From Lysobacterales bacterium (GTDB taxonomy: Bacteria > Pseudomonadota > Gammaproteobacteria > Xanthomonadales > SZUA-36), in the NCBI GenBank assembly GCA_031406105.1, contig JANOGQ010000603.1:1-27191 (forward strand): DNA of 27,191 nucleotides. The letters are read 5' to 3'. Position numbers and translations under genes: made by a program. Each line of letters begins with the position of its first letter. Within the stretch, counting starts at the first letter, position 1. This document shows positions 1 through 8,369 of the stretch, piece after piece. The notes beneath the pieces are model-generated. The model had not been told where the DNA came from. It made no database searches and saw only the letters and a program-made list of their open reading frames with translations.

Positions 1-2
1 AA

Positions 3-188
3 ACGGATCCCCAGGGGCGACCTCGAGCCGAAGATGTGTTGCGCGAGGGCGAAACCCGCAGGATTGAAATCGCGCCTTCCGTGACGCCCGGGCGACCATC
101 CCCTCGAACCCGCGACACGCATTGGCCCAGAAGCCCAACGCCAGCCAGGGAGCGAATCCCGGATCGACGCGGGCATTCGCCGCACTAA
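3..188 (+). pseudogene. Fragment of a cold-shock-domain/Excalibur-type gene (copy 0), open at window start
   Basis: Frame 3 reads TDPQGRPRAEDVLREGE, like the end of the CSD in CSD-DUF1294/Excalibur proteins, then SPTPARERIPDRRGH. Nt ~130-178 match 1743-1787 and 12314-12361; stop at 186-188. Confidence 0.6.
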
Positions 189-249
189 TGCATGCCCGCT
201 TACTCAGAAGCATGGAATTTCATAGTGCTTCAGAGTAAACTTCAGAGTA

Positions 250-1608
250 ATGAATTTACTTGATACAATACGCCGCCCCGAGGGAAAGACGCTTGAATTC
301 AAGCGTGACTTGAGTTCGCCGATTGGCATTCTTCGCACTGTCGTGGCTTTCGCTAATACAGCTGGCGGAACCTTGCTTATCGGCGTTGCGGATGGTTCAG
401 GTAATGTTCGAGGGGTCGATGATCCAATGGCCCTTGAAGAGAAAGTCGCCAGCTTGATTAGCGATTCCATCACTCCGCGCCTGCTGCCAGACCTGGAATT
501 GTTGAGCTTCCGCGATACTCACGTCCTCGCAATTCAGGTTTATCCAAGCCCTTCACGCCCACATCATCTCACCAAGTCAGGCCCCCAGGCTGGAACATAT
601 GTTCGTGTTGGCTCCACGAATCGGCGAGCAGATGAAGCACTGATTGCTGAAATGCAGCGCTTTTCCAGAGGAGATGTATTCGACGAACACCCGATGCCTG
701 AACTCGACTCAGAAGCCATTGACTTCCGAGCAGCTTCCGAGTTCTTTGCCAGCGTACGGCGATTGAGAACAAGGGATCTGGAGTCACTGCACTTGCTGGT
801 TCACTTTCAAAACCGGCTGGTGCCAACAGTAGGGGGAGTATTGCTGTTCGGCACAAACCGCCTTGAGCAATTTCCTGATGCCTGGATCCAGGTGGGTAAA
901 TTTGGTGGGGTCGACAAATCAAAAATCGTAGATCAGGCTGAGCTTAAAGGGCCGTTGCTTCAGTCCATTGAAGACGCTATTGCGTTTGTTGAGAAGCATT
1001 CAATTCGGGGCGCAGACATAGGGCGTTTGCGTCGAGTGGATCGTTGGTCCCTGCCGCCGGTAGCAGTGCGTGAGGCGGTAATCAACGCTGTCGCTCACTG
1101 TGATTATGCACAAGCTGGGGCGCCCATACGGCTGGCACTTTTCGATGATAGGCTGGAAGTTGAAAACCCGGGATTGCTTCCTTTCGGGCTCACGATTGCT
1201 GATTTGTCGCTTGGTATTTCCAAATTGCGCAACCGTGTCATCTGCAGAGTGTTCCACGAACTCGGCCTGGTTGAGCAGTGGGGTAGTGGAATTCAACGAA
1301 TGATTTCAGCCTGTCGGGATGCTGGACTTGCGGCACCCGAAATGGAGGAAATTGGAAATCGCTTTCGCCTGACGTTGCGGATCAGGCAAGTAAAACCGAT
1401 TGAACTGGACGATATTGACAGCGCAATCGTTGATCTTCTGCAAAAGCCAGACGGGCTTCCTACTCGTGAGATAGCAGAATCCATCGGGCTCACAACACGC
1501 GCCACCCGTACACGCCTCGTTGGCTTGGTTGGGAAGGGTCTGGTGCGCGAAATCGGGACTGGGCCAAAAGACCCAAGACGCCGCTACTTTGCAACGATAG
1601 TGAGCTGA
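250..1608 (+). CDS. Schlafen/AlbA_2 domain + HATPase_c_4 (RecG C-terminal-like) + winged HTH protein
   Basis: N-term EGKTLEFKR...AFANTAGGTLLIGV (AlbA_2); REAVINAVAHCDY...ENPG...RN...LGLVEQWGSG (HATPase_c_4); C-terminal TREIAESIGLTTRATRTRL HTH; intact 452 aa. Confidence 0.9.
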   Translation: MNLLDTIRRPEGKTLEFKRDLSSPIGILRTVVAFANTAGGTLLIGVADGSGNVRGVDDPMALEEKVASLISDSITPRLLPDLELLSFRDTHVLAIQVYPSPSRPHHLTKSGPQAGTYVRVGSTNRRADEALIAEMQRFSRGDVFDEHPMPELDSEAIDFRAASEFFASVRRLRTRDLESLHLLVHFQNRLVPTVGGVLLFGTNRLEQFPDAWIQVGKFGGVDKSKIVDQAELKGPLLQSIEDAIAFVEKHSIRGADIGRLRRVDRWSLPPVAVREAVINAVAHCDYAQAGAPIRLALFDDRLEVENPGLLPFGLTIADLSLGISKLRNRVICRVFHELGLVEQWGSGIQRMISACRDAGLAAPEMEEIGNRFRLTLRIRQVKPIELDDIDSAIVDLLQKPDGLPTREIAESIGLTTRATRTRLVGLVGKGLVREIGTGPKDPRRRYFATIVS

Positions 1609-1651
1609 GTCAGCAGTACGTGCCAAACAAGATTTAATCCTAAGGTGGAAC

Positions 1652-2002
1652 ATGCGCACTTCCGGCAAAATCACACACTGGAACGCCGAAAAACGCTATG
1701 GCTTCATCACCTCGAACACGGGTGGCGACAATGGCCAAAAAGGCCCAACGCCAGCCAGGGAGCGAAACCCGGATCGACGCGGGCATTGACAACCCAGTGA
1801 TGTGGTACCGGATGCGCTCATACCGCTGGCGCGGCCTCTGCAGGCGCCAGAACCGGAATCTCAATGCGACGGACGCAAGTTCTGCAAGCAGATGACCCGC
1901 TGTGACGAGGCTTATTATTTTCTTCGGAACTGTCCCGGTATTGACATGGATGGCGACGGGGATGGGGTGCCTTGTGAATGGGAAATGTGCGGCCGGCGCT
2001 GA
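1652..2002 (+). pseudogene. Internally deleted cold-shock-domain + Excalibur Ca-binding protein (copy 1)
   Basis: ATG 1652 after AAGGTGG gives MRTSGKITHWNAEKRYGFITS (CSD start), with an in-frame TGA at 1787-1789. The same frame continues to CDGRKFCKQMTRCDEAYYFLRNCPGIDMDGDGDGVPCE (Excalibur DxDxDGxxCE). Confidence 0.85.
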
Positions 2003-2060
2003 GTTGTCCCGATCGTCCAATGTAGGAAACTTTCAAGTAATTCTTCTGAGGGGTCTTCCC

Positions 2061-2092
2061 GCTATTCCCGAATCTACTTCAATGTGCGTTCC
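2061..2092. repeat. R1 repeat copy 1 (truncated before the right hairpin arm)
   Basis: gctattcccgaatctacttcaatgtgcgttcc; part of a 305-bp block 1788-2092 colinear with 6237-6541. Confidence 0.9.
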
Positions 2093-2231
2093 TGATGTTG
2101 CAAGCACCAATTTCCTACAGGAATTACCAAAAATTCCTATAGTGCCAGGTCTTCCCTCGCATTTACTATTCAGCATTCCTGGGTTAGATGGCCCACGCCA
2201 CTTCAACTATCAGTTTGCGCTGGAGTAGATT

Positions 2232-2468
2232 ATGTTTGTGAACACTTTGTCAAAAATGCAGCAGGACCTGCGGTTTTTAACGGCTGCTGAAAGGGAACAG
2301 TTGGCCTTGACGGCTTGGAATAGCCTGGGTGACGGTTCTGATCCCGCGGTCAGTCAGCAGTTGGACCCTGGCGGAATCGAGCTTGCCCTGCAGCGCGATG
2401 GTGAATTGGAGTCGGGCGAAACCAGCGCAATCACCAGTGAGAAATTTCTACAGTGCACTCGTCGCTAA
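2232..2468 (+). CDS. Putative addiction module antitoxin (TIGR02574/Unstab_antitox-like)
   Basis: LTAAEREQLALTAWNSL...IELALQRDGELESGE pattern; lies directly upstream of a ParE-like fragment. Confidence 0.7.
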   Translation: MFVNTLSKMQQDLRFLTAAEREQLALTAWNSLGDGSDPAVSQQLDPGGIELALQRDGELESGETSAITSEKFLQCTRR

Positions 2469-2625
2469 ACCTCTGTTGTATGCGGAGGTAAGAGGGATTC
2501 GACGCGCACTACTGGTTCGCTTTCCTTTTTCGGTGCTCTATCGAGTACGCGAGCCCAACGTGATCAGGGTGTTGGCATTGCGCCACCACAAGCGGAAGAA
2601 TGTTTTAGCTGCCGGTCGCAAGTAG
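2461..2625 (+). pseudogene. C-terminal half of a RelE/ParE-family toxin; N-terminus missing
   Basis: PLLYAEVRGIRRALLVRFPFSVLYRVREPNVIRVLALRHHKRK matches the ParE C-terminal RRxLLxRFPY/xVxAxxHxxR pattern; no N-terminal half or start seen. Confidence 0.75.
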
Positions 2626-2626
2626 G

Positions 2627-2682
2627 TCGAATCGGGTGAATTTCGACTTCGGGTTGATAACGGTTAGGCACAAACTGGGAGC
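2627..2682. repeat. Dispersed repeat D, copy 1
   Basis: gtgaatttcgacttcgggttgataacggttaggcacaaactgggagc aligns without gaps to 7616-7671. Confidence 0.85.
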
Positions 2683-2790
2683 AGTTTCACAACGCCGATT
2701 TTAAACCCGTCGAATTCGACGGGTTTAAAAAGGCAGGCTGGTTTGAACAGCTTCACCCTCACGCCGAAACAGTGGATAGAGACAACCGCG
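2676..2790 (+). pseudogene. KilA-N domain protein internal fragment, frameshifted
   Basis: WEQFHNADFKPVEFDGFK, a +1 shift in the A-run 2727-2731, then QAGLNSFTLTPKQWIETT; typical KilA-N sequence. Confidence 0.8.
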
Positions 2791-2824
2791 TAAGCACGCA
2801 CCTGGAGCAGCAATGAGACCCTTG

Positions 2825-2862
2825 AATATACCCAATATGGGCATTAATATACCCAATATGGG
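2825..2862. promoter_or_regulatory. Tandem 17-bp direct repeat AATATACCCAATATGGG (21-bp period); likely autoregulatory operator
   Basis: Copies at 2825-2841 and 2846-2862, each with a near-palindromic CCCAATATGGG core overlapping the candidate ATGs at 2837 and 2858. Confidence 0.65.
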
Positions 2863-3484
2863 TAGAAAAGCTGTTGGCGATATTCGTAATCAACCGATCA
2901 CTATGGTCGATGCTCTGTTTTCCAGGACACAGCAACGTGTGCTGGCATTGCTATTTGGTCAACCTGAACGAAGTTTCTATGCCACCGAAATCATTATGCT
3001 TTCTGAAGGTGGTTCAGGTGCAATTCAACGCGAGCTATCCAAGCTGTCGAGCAGTGGCTTGATCAACGAAACCCGCATTGGCTCTCAACGGCACTTCCAG
3101 GCGAATGCTGATGCACCGCTTTTTTCCGAGCTGTGTGCGATTGTGCAAAAGACCATTGGATTGGCAGAGCCGCTCAAGACGGCCTTGAAGCCGCTGGTTG
3201 ACCAGATCGAGCTAGCGTTTGTTTTCGGTTCCGTTGCCAAGAAATCGGATTCTGCGACCAGCGATATCGATTTGATGGTGATCAGCGACACATTGGTTTA
3301 TGCGGATGTATTTCTGGCGCTGGAAGAAATGGCTTATAAACTGGGACGGGCCATTCAGCCGACGATCTATTCAAAAGAGGAACTGGCACACCGCCTTGAG
3401 TCCGATAATGCGTTTGTAAGGCGGGTTTTGAAGCAGCCGAAGATCTGGATTATTGGGCAAGAAAGTGACCTCCAAACTGCATAA
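2858..3484 (+). CDS. HTH + minimal nucleotidyltransferase (MNT) antitoxin
   Basis: N-terminal wHTH (SGAIQRELSKLSSSGLI); NTase motif FGSVAKKSDSATSDIDL. Start uncertain (2837 or 2858). Confidence 0.85.
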   Translation: MGRKAVGDIRNQPITMVDALFSRTQQRVLALLFGQPERSFYATEIIMLSEGGSGAIQRELSKLSSSGLINETRIGSQRHFQANADAPLFSELCAIVQKTIGLAEPLKTALKPLVDQIELAFVFGSVAKKSDSATSDIDLMVISDTLVYADVFLALEEMAYKLGRAIQPTIYSKEELAHRLESDNAFVRRVLKQPKIWIIGQESDLQTA

Positions 3485-3884
3485 TCTCACTGGCCCGGGA
3501 AAGTCGCTTGTGGCAGAACCCCCCGATCGGGCTGAATTTGTTGGTTTGGTAAAGTCGGCAACCGCGCGCCTTCGTGACGCCGCCAATACTTCCCTTGCCC
3601 TGGAGAGCCGGTTTGACCTGGCCTACAACTCTGCCCATGCTTTTAGCCTGGCCGCTTTGCGCGCGCAGGGGTTCCGTGCGCATAACCGCTATATCGTCTT
3701 CCAGGTATTACCCGAAACCCTGGGTTTGGGGCCAGAAGTGTGGCGCATATTGGCCAAAGCACATGATCTTAGAAATGTGAGTGAATACGAAGGCGATCTG
3801 AATGTGGATGAACGGTTAGTAACCGATCTGGTAACAGCTACCCAGGCAGTGGCGACAGCCGTTGAGAAATTGACCTTACCCTGA
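3465..3884 (+). CDS. HEPN-like partner (putative toxin) of MNT
   Basis: Overlaps MNT stop by 20 nt with GTG 3465; RFDLAYNSAH...AHDLRNVSEYEG (Rx4Y HEPN-like motif). Confidence 0.75.
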   Translation: MTSKLHNLTGPGKSLVAEPPDRAEFVGLVKSATARLRDAANTSLALESRFDLAYNSAHAFSLAALRAQGFRAHNRYIVFQVLPETLGLGPEVWRILAKAHDLRNVSEYEGDLNVDERLVTDLVTATQAVATAVEKLTLP

Positions 3885-3888
3885 CACA

Positions 3889-3904
3889 CGCTCAGCTGAA
3901 ACGT
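3889..3904. repeat. R2 palindrome copy 1 (degenerate)
   Basis: cgctcagctgaaacgt, starting 5 nt after the HEPN stop. Confidence 0.65.
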
Positions 3905-4040
3905 GAATGCTCTTTTTCTATTCCGCTGCTTTTCTTGATCCAGCGCTCGTTCCAACTGGCAATCCTGCCTTTGCAACGGTCAACAGCCTCTGTGGAAAAC
4001 TGCCCAGGGCACCGTCGCCACCACTGATTGTTCGGCGCGA

Positions 4041-4757
4041 TCAGACAGCTTCGCGGCTCTCAACTGCTCGTCGAACTGTATCCAGATTGATGCTGGAATC
4101 GTAACCGGAACCCAGCTTTGAGAATTCGAAGGTCAAAGACAGTCCTTTGGATTTCCCGAAAGCAGCAATACCGGAATTGAGCGTAGAACTGAAGTCGGTT
4201 AAATCAAACGCTGCGTAGTAGCTTGTCGGCGCAAGCACACAAAGCGTGATATTGGTTGCTTGCAGTACCGGTTGAGTTTCGAGCTTGTATCCAAGTTGCT
4301 CCCGGTGGGTTTTGGACCAGGTAAACAACAAGCCGTACCTCAGAATTTCAATGGCAGCAAAAAGCGGATTGTCGCTGCCGACTTTCAGTTCGATCAATGA
4401 ATAATGAGTTGGGCTTTGTCGATACACCAGGTCAACAGAAGCCCTTTTATCTTTAGCAGCGCTTACCACGCCGGACGCTGTGGGCATCTGATTCGACCAA
4501 CTTTCCCCACAACTGAGCACGATGGCACGTTCAAGCTGAAGCTCGGGGCTTGTGTTGTTTGTTGACAGATCCAGGTGGCGTTTCCATCTCCAGTTTTCCC
4601 TCGAAGGGTTTGAGTAGGCGCTTGCACCTCGGCCCGACCAGTTGTTGGAGATTTGTTGATAGGCCTTGTCGAGAAACTCATGCGTTCCTGTGATGGGGGT
4701 GCTTCTGCGTGTCAGTTCATTCGCGGCCGAGCGATGTTTGGCAATCGCTGGCGGAGC
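4041..4757 (-). pseudogene. 5'-truncated PD-(D/E)xK-like nuclease protein
   Basis: Frame stays open upstream of the listed GTG (4520) to a TAG at 4760-4758 with no ATG/GTG/TTG start: KHRSAANEL...NPSRENWRWK...PELQLERAI...NQMPTASG...VDLVY...LIELK..SDNPLFAAIEILRYG. Confidence 0.6.
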
Positions 4758-4789
4758 CTATCGAACCAGGTCGCAGTCACACATCCGCG

Positions 4790-5045
4790 GTCCGGTTACG
4801 TCGTGGAAAGCCAGGAGGCGGCTTTGTGGGCGTTCACTCGTACGAACAATTTTGCGGATGCGATTCTGCTGGCCGCGAATCTTGGTGAGGACGCCGACAC
4901 GACGGCCGCGGTGTGTGGCCAGGTTGCCGGGGCCTGGTACGGCGAGTCGGGCATCCCGCCCCATTGGCTGGAATGTCTGGCGCTTCGCCCGGACATTGCC
5001 ACCCTGGCCGATCGGCTCGGCATGAGTTCCGAAAAGCGCGCTTGA
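4790..5045 (+). pseudogene. C-terminal fragment of ADP-ribosylglycohydrolase (DraG/ARH family)
   Basis: [15 protein letters not shown]...[28 protein letters not shown]; only ~85 aa of a ~300-aa family. Start coordinate approximate. Confidence 0.85.
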
Positions 5046-5072
5046 TGGATGGCGACAAATGGGCCTGGCAAT

Positions 5073-5212
5073 AAAGGGGCCTAAAAAAGGGGCCTAAAAA
5101 AGGGGCCGGGCACTTTTTCGAATGCGTCAAACTAAATGTATCCGGCCCCTTAAACCAGAAACAGCTCCATTATCCGACAGCAGTCAGCGGTAATTTCCTG
5201 CCCCGGCCCCTT
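5073..5212. repeat. Tandem AAAAAAGGGGCCT (~2.7 copies) plus inverted AAGGGGCCGG/CCGGCCCCTT motifs
   Basis: 13-mer tandem 5073-5107; AAGGGGCCGG 5100-5109 pairs with CCGGCCCCTT 5142-5151; a third CCGGCCCCTT at 5203-5212. Confidence 0.8.
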
Positions 5213-5343
5213 CGGTAATAGGCCAAACTGCTTGTTGTCAGGTTTATCTGGTTCCATCAGGAGTTGAGAAAGCGCTTATCGCCGGCAGCGGGCAACCCGA
5301 ACCGGGTTTGGAACAGCGCATGTTAACCTGACCTTTGAACCAC

Positions 5344-5364
5344 TTGTTCCCATATCGGGAACAA
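5344..5364. promoter_or_regulatory. Palindromic operator upstream of higBA
   Basis: TTGTTCCC-ATATC-GGGAACAA with perfect 8-bp arms, followed by TATCAT (-10-like). Confidence 0.75.
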
Positions 5365-5396
5365 ACTATCATATGAATTATTGCGTGGAGTAAGGG

Positions 5397-5696
5397 GTGA
5401 GAATCATTGCTCTCAAGACCATCCGGGATTTCTGGCAGAAAGCTGCGCATAGAGACAGTGAACAAGCACTTAAATCGTGGTATGCAATTGCACGCAAAGC
5501 CGGCTGGGCAAGTCCGCAAGACGTCAAGGTGCAGTTTGGTCATGCCAGCATCATTGGAGGTGGGCGAGTCGTGTTTAACATAGCAGGCAACAAGTATCGC
5601 CTGGTGGTGAAATTCAACTATGCCTATCGTCTGGGCTACGTCCGGTTTATTGGTACGCACTCCGAATACGATGCAATTGATATGGAGACGATCTAA
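5397..5696 (+). CDS. higB: HigB mRNA interferase toxin (E. coli YgjN type)
   Basis: MRIIALKTIRDFW...WASPQDVK..F..AS...VFNIAGNKYRLVV...FIGTHSEYD. Confidence 0.93.
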   Translation: MRIIALKTIRDFWQKAAHRDSEQALKSWYAIARKAGWASPQDVKVQFGHASIIGGGRVVFNIAGNKYRLVVKFNYAYRLGYVRFIGTHSEYDAIDMETI

Positions 5697-6061
5697 TGAA
5701 AATCAGGCCGATCCGAACCAAAACCGACTATGCTGCCGCCATGAAGCGCATCGATCAGGTTTTCGACGCCAGGCCAGGCACTCCCCAGGGCGATGAACTC
5801 GAGGTGCTAACGCTGTTGGTTGAAAACTATGAACGGCAGCACTATCCGGTCGAGGCGCCTGACCCGGTGGAATTTATAAAGAATGTCATGGAGTTCATGG
5901 GGCTGGGCCAGAACGAACTGGCGGTGGTACTGAATTCACGTTCCCGGGCCTCGGAAATACTCAGCCGCAGGCGCCCGCTGACCTTGTGGCAGATCCGCAA
6001 AATTTCAGCCGCCTGGGGGTTGCCGGCTGATTCTCTTATTTCTGAATATGAAGTTGCCTAA
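5696..6061 (+). CDS. higA: HigA HTH antitoxin
   Basis: IRPIRTKTDYAAAMKRID...DELEVLTLLVENYE...SRSRASEILSRRRPLT; stop/start overlap with higB. Confidence 0.92.
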   Translation: MKIRPIRTKTDYAAAMKRIDQVFDARPGTPQGDELEVLTLLVENYERQHYPVEAPDPVEFIKNVMEFMGLGQNELAVVLNSRSRASEILSRRRPLTLWQIRKISAAWGLPADSLISEYEVA

Positions 6062-6196
6062 AGTATTGGGGTCAGAGTAAAGGGACAAAGTGAAATTGAG
6101 CAGCGGCGCTCAGTTTCGGAGTTGGTTCACCCATTCCCTGAATATTTCAGTCCTTAGTACAAGCCCTCACCTAAATGTCCAGAATCTCGTTGATCA

Positions 6197-6451
6197 GTGG
6201 GTATCGCCATCGAAGCCCATAGCTACCACAAACTACGACAACCCGGTGATGTGGTACCGGATGCGTTCATACCGCTTGCGCGGCCTCTCCAGGCGCCAGA
6301 ACCGGAATTTCAATGCGACGGGCGCAAGTTCTGCGAGCAGATGACCAGCTGTGACGAGGCTTACTACTTTCTTCGCAACTGTCCCGGCAATGACATGGAT
6401 GGTGACGGGGATGGGGTGCCTTGTGAATGGGAAGTGTGTGGCGGGCGATAA
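6197..6451 (+). pseudogene. 3' part of CSD-Excalibur gene (copy 2)
   Basis: GIAIEAHSYHKLRQP (possibly the end of a membrane-proximal segment) then CDGRKFCEQMTSCDEAYYFLRNCPGNDMDGDGDGVPCE; no CSD. Confidence 0.75.
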
Positions 6452-6509
6452 GTTGTCCAGATTGGCCAATGTAGGCAACTTTCAAGTAATTCTTCTGAGG
6501 GGTCTTCCC

Positions 6510-6551
6510 GCTATTCCCGAATCTACTTTAATGTGCGTTCCCGCGGAGCGC
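6510..6551. repeat. R1 repeat copy 2
   Basis: gctattcccgaatctactttaatgtgcgttcccgcggagcgc; right arm degenerate. Confidence 0.9.
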
Positions 6552-6758
6552 GGTTGAGCGCTTGGGTTCCGGGCCCTAAACTGAATACCAAGTTGTCTTT
6601 TCAGTTTCTCCGGCTCGGTGATTTCTTACACGTTTAATAGCAAAGCTGCCAACGACTTCGTATCCAAAAGCTCGCACACTATCGTCAATGCCTTGAATGG
6701 CTTTCAGTGAAGAATCCAGGCCGGGCTGTGTGAAGTTTTCATCAATCGGAAAAACACA

Positions 6759-6779
6759 GTTTAACGCTACGCGTTAAAC
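6759..6779. promoter_or_regulatory. Palindromic operator upstream of second higBA
   Basis: GTTTAACGC-TAC-GCGTTAAAC with perfect 9-bp arms, 24 nt before the GTG start. Confidence 0.75.
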
Positions 6780-6802
6780 GTGATACATTATGGCAGAACG
6801 CG

Positions 6803-7081
6803 GTGATCAAGAGTTTTGCAGATAAAGCAACGGCGCAACTCTTCGGTGGGATTTGCCCGCGCCGGTGGCAATCGGTGCGAAAGTCGGCGGAAAGAAAACT
6901 GGCACTACTGGATGCAGCAACTTCGTTGGAGTTTTTGTACGCACCTCCTGGTAATCGATTGGAACTGTTGCAAGGCGACAGGAAAGGGCAACACAGAACT
7001 CGCATCAATGATCAATGGCGTGTGTGTTTTACGTGGAAGCAGGGCAACGCTTTTGATGTATCCATTGTTGACTACCATTGA
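6803..7081 (+). CDS. higB: HigB plasmid-maintenance-system killer toxin
   Basis: MIKSFADKAT..LF...PPGNRLELLQGDRKGQHRTRINDQWRVCFTW...VSIVDYH. Confidence 0.93.
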   Translation: MIKSFADKATAQLFGGICPRRWQSVRKSAERKLALLDAATSLEFLYAPPGNRLELLQGDRKGQHRTRINDQWRVCFTWKQGNAFDVSIVDYH

Positions 7082-7091
7082 GAACAAACTG

Positions 7092-7391
7092 ATGCCAAAG
7101 AACAAAATGCGTCCCATACACCCCGGTGAAATACTCCGGGAAGAGTATCTGCAACCACTAAACCTGACGCCCAATGCACTGGCCATCGCGCTGCGCGTTC
7201 CGGCGCCCCGGATAAACGATATTGTCCTGGAACGGCGAGCCATTACACCCAATACGGCACTGCGACTGGCGCGTTACTTTGGTGGTGACGCGGGAAGCTG
7301 GATGAATCTGCAGGTAACTTATGATTTGAAGCAGGCCGAGCTTGCGGAAGGTAAAGAGATTCGTACCGAAGTAAATCCCAGAGCGGCGTGA
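7092..7391 (+). CDS. higA: HigA addiction module antidote
   Basis: MRPIHPGEILREEYL...RINDIVLERRAITPNTALRLARYFG...WMNLQ..YDL; start set at ATG 7092. Confidence 0.95.
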   Translation: MPKNKMRPIHPGEILREEYLQPLNLTPNALAIALRVPAPRINDIVLERRAITPNTALRLARYFGGDAGSWMNLQVTYDLKQAELAEGKEIRTEVNPRAA

Positions 7392-7548
7392 TCGTTTGGC
7401 CTTGAATCATGGCCAAACCTCACACCAAAGCGTAAACCATCTCCATCGCCAACCCCTCCTCATTCCTTGTCGGCGATTCTGGCAGAGTTGCGATCCTGGG
7501 AACAAAGCTGGCAGTGACCGCGCCTACCATCGCGTCCAGGGTCTTCAA

Positions 7549-7589
7549 GCTATTCTCGAATCTAATTTAATGTGCGTTCCCACCGGAAC
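7549..7589. repeat. R1 repeat copy 3
   Basis: gctattctcgaatctaatttaatgtgcgttcc-cacc-ggaac. Confidence 0.88.
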
Positions 7590-7615
7590 TCCCATGTCAG
7601 AGCGTTTTTCCTATA

Positions 7616-7671
7616 TCGGATCAAGTGGATTTCGACTGCGGGTTGATAACGGCCTGGCACAAACTGGGAGC
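7616..7671. repeat. Dispersed repeat D, copy 2
   Basis: Colinear with 2627-2682. Confidence 0.85.
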
Positions 7672-7692
7672 GCAATCCAACAAGCCCATTCC

Positions 7693-7720
7693 TTGACAAA
7701 GCACTCCAGTGGAGTATCGT
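7693..7720 (+). promoter_or_regulatory. Sigma70-like promoter with operator palindrome
   Basis: TTGACA (7693-7698)-16 nt-TATCGT; ACTCCA-G-TGGAGT (7703-7715) lies between the boxes. Confidence 0.65.
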
Positions 7721-8058
7721 TGATTTCCGTAGCCGAAACCCAGCCTTTTCAACGGAAAGCTGCACAACTGCTCTCCGAGATCGAAAAATCTGAGCTCATC
7801 ACTCATCTTTCGGCGAACCCCAGTGCTGGAGCCCGCATCAAGGGCACAGGTGGAATCAGGAAGCTGAGGTGGTCATATGGCGGTCGAGGGAAAAGTGGTG
7901 GCGTCAGGGTTGTTTACTATTTCCATGACCTGGATATGCCGCTTTTCTTGCTGACTCTATTTGGTAAAAATGAAAAGTCTAACCTGTCGATGGAGGAGAA
8001 AAACACTCTGTCGAAGCTGGTAAGAGAACTTGTGAAGTGTTGGAGCGGGATGCAATGA
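7720..8058 (+). CDS. RelE/HigB-2-family toxin
   Basis: TTG 7720 after GGAG; NPSAGARIKGTGGIRKLRWS..GRGKSGGVRVVYY...LLTLFGKNEKSNL. Confidence 0.9.
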   Translation: MISVAETQPFQRKAAQLLSEIEKSELITHLSANPSAGARIKGTGGIRKLRWSYGGRGKSGGVRVVYYFHDLDMPLFLLTLFGKNEKSNLSMEEKNTLSKLVRELVKCWSGMQ

Positions 8059-8342
8059 GCAAGGCATTTGAAGAAATCAGCGCCGGTCTGGATGATGCCA
8101 TCGCGCACGCCAAAGGCAGGAAGAGCGCAGTTATTGTCCACGAGCCTGAAACTATTGACGTAAAGGCAATCCGCAAAAAAACCGGCATGAGCCAACAGAA
8201 GTTTTGTACGACGTTTGGAATTTCATTGGGCACTTTGCGTCATTGGGAACAGGGGCTGCGTTCGCCACGGGGCCCGGCGAGAGTGCTGCTGAAGGTAGTG
8301 GATCATATTCCGGGTGCCGTTATCCAGGCGATTGGCAAATAG
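8055..8342 (+). CDS. HigA-2-like XRE HTH antitoxin
   Basis: ATGA overlap with toxin; FEEISAGLDDAI...DVKAIRKKTGMSQQKF...TLRHWEQGLRSPRGPARVLL. Confidence 0.92.
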   Translation: MSKAFEEISAGLDDAIAHAKGRKSAVIVHEPETIDVKAIRKKTGMSQQKFCTTFGISLGTLRHWEQGLRSPRGPARVLLKVVDHIPGAVIQAIGK

Positions 8343-8369
8343 CGGATATCACGACATCTGGCGGTGCAT

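Noticed and set aside
30-120. Structured RNA (GGGCGAAACCC tetraloop) at window start
   Set aside because: Reads as cold-shock-domain coding sequence continuous with the CSD-Excalibur repeat.
2655-2669. GATAAC-G-GTTAGGC as an integron attC core
   Set aside because: No matching inverse core at attC distance, and the second D copy has GGCCTGGC at that position. GTTAGCC at 11437 is likewise not conserved in its paralogous block.
2699-2730. 32-bp perfect palindrome as a cruciform or terminator
   Set aside because: It encodes FKPVEFDGFK of the KilA-N fragment; better explained as coding sequence.
6575-6745. Minus-strand open stretch DENFTQPGLD...GYEVVGSFAIKRV
   Set aside because: Looks coding but has no start and I cannot assign a family.
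6816-8058. Long ORFs 6816-7391 and 7396-8058 as large proteins
   Set aside because: Only the 3' parts match HigA and RelE; extensions run through higB or non-coding repeats.
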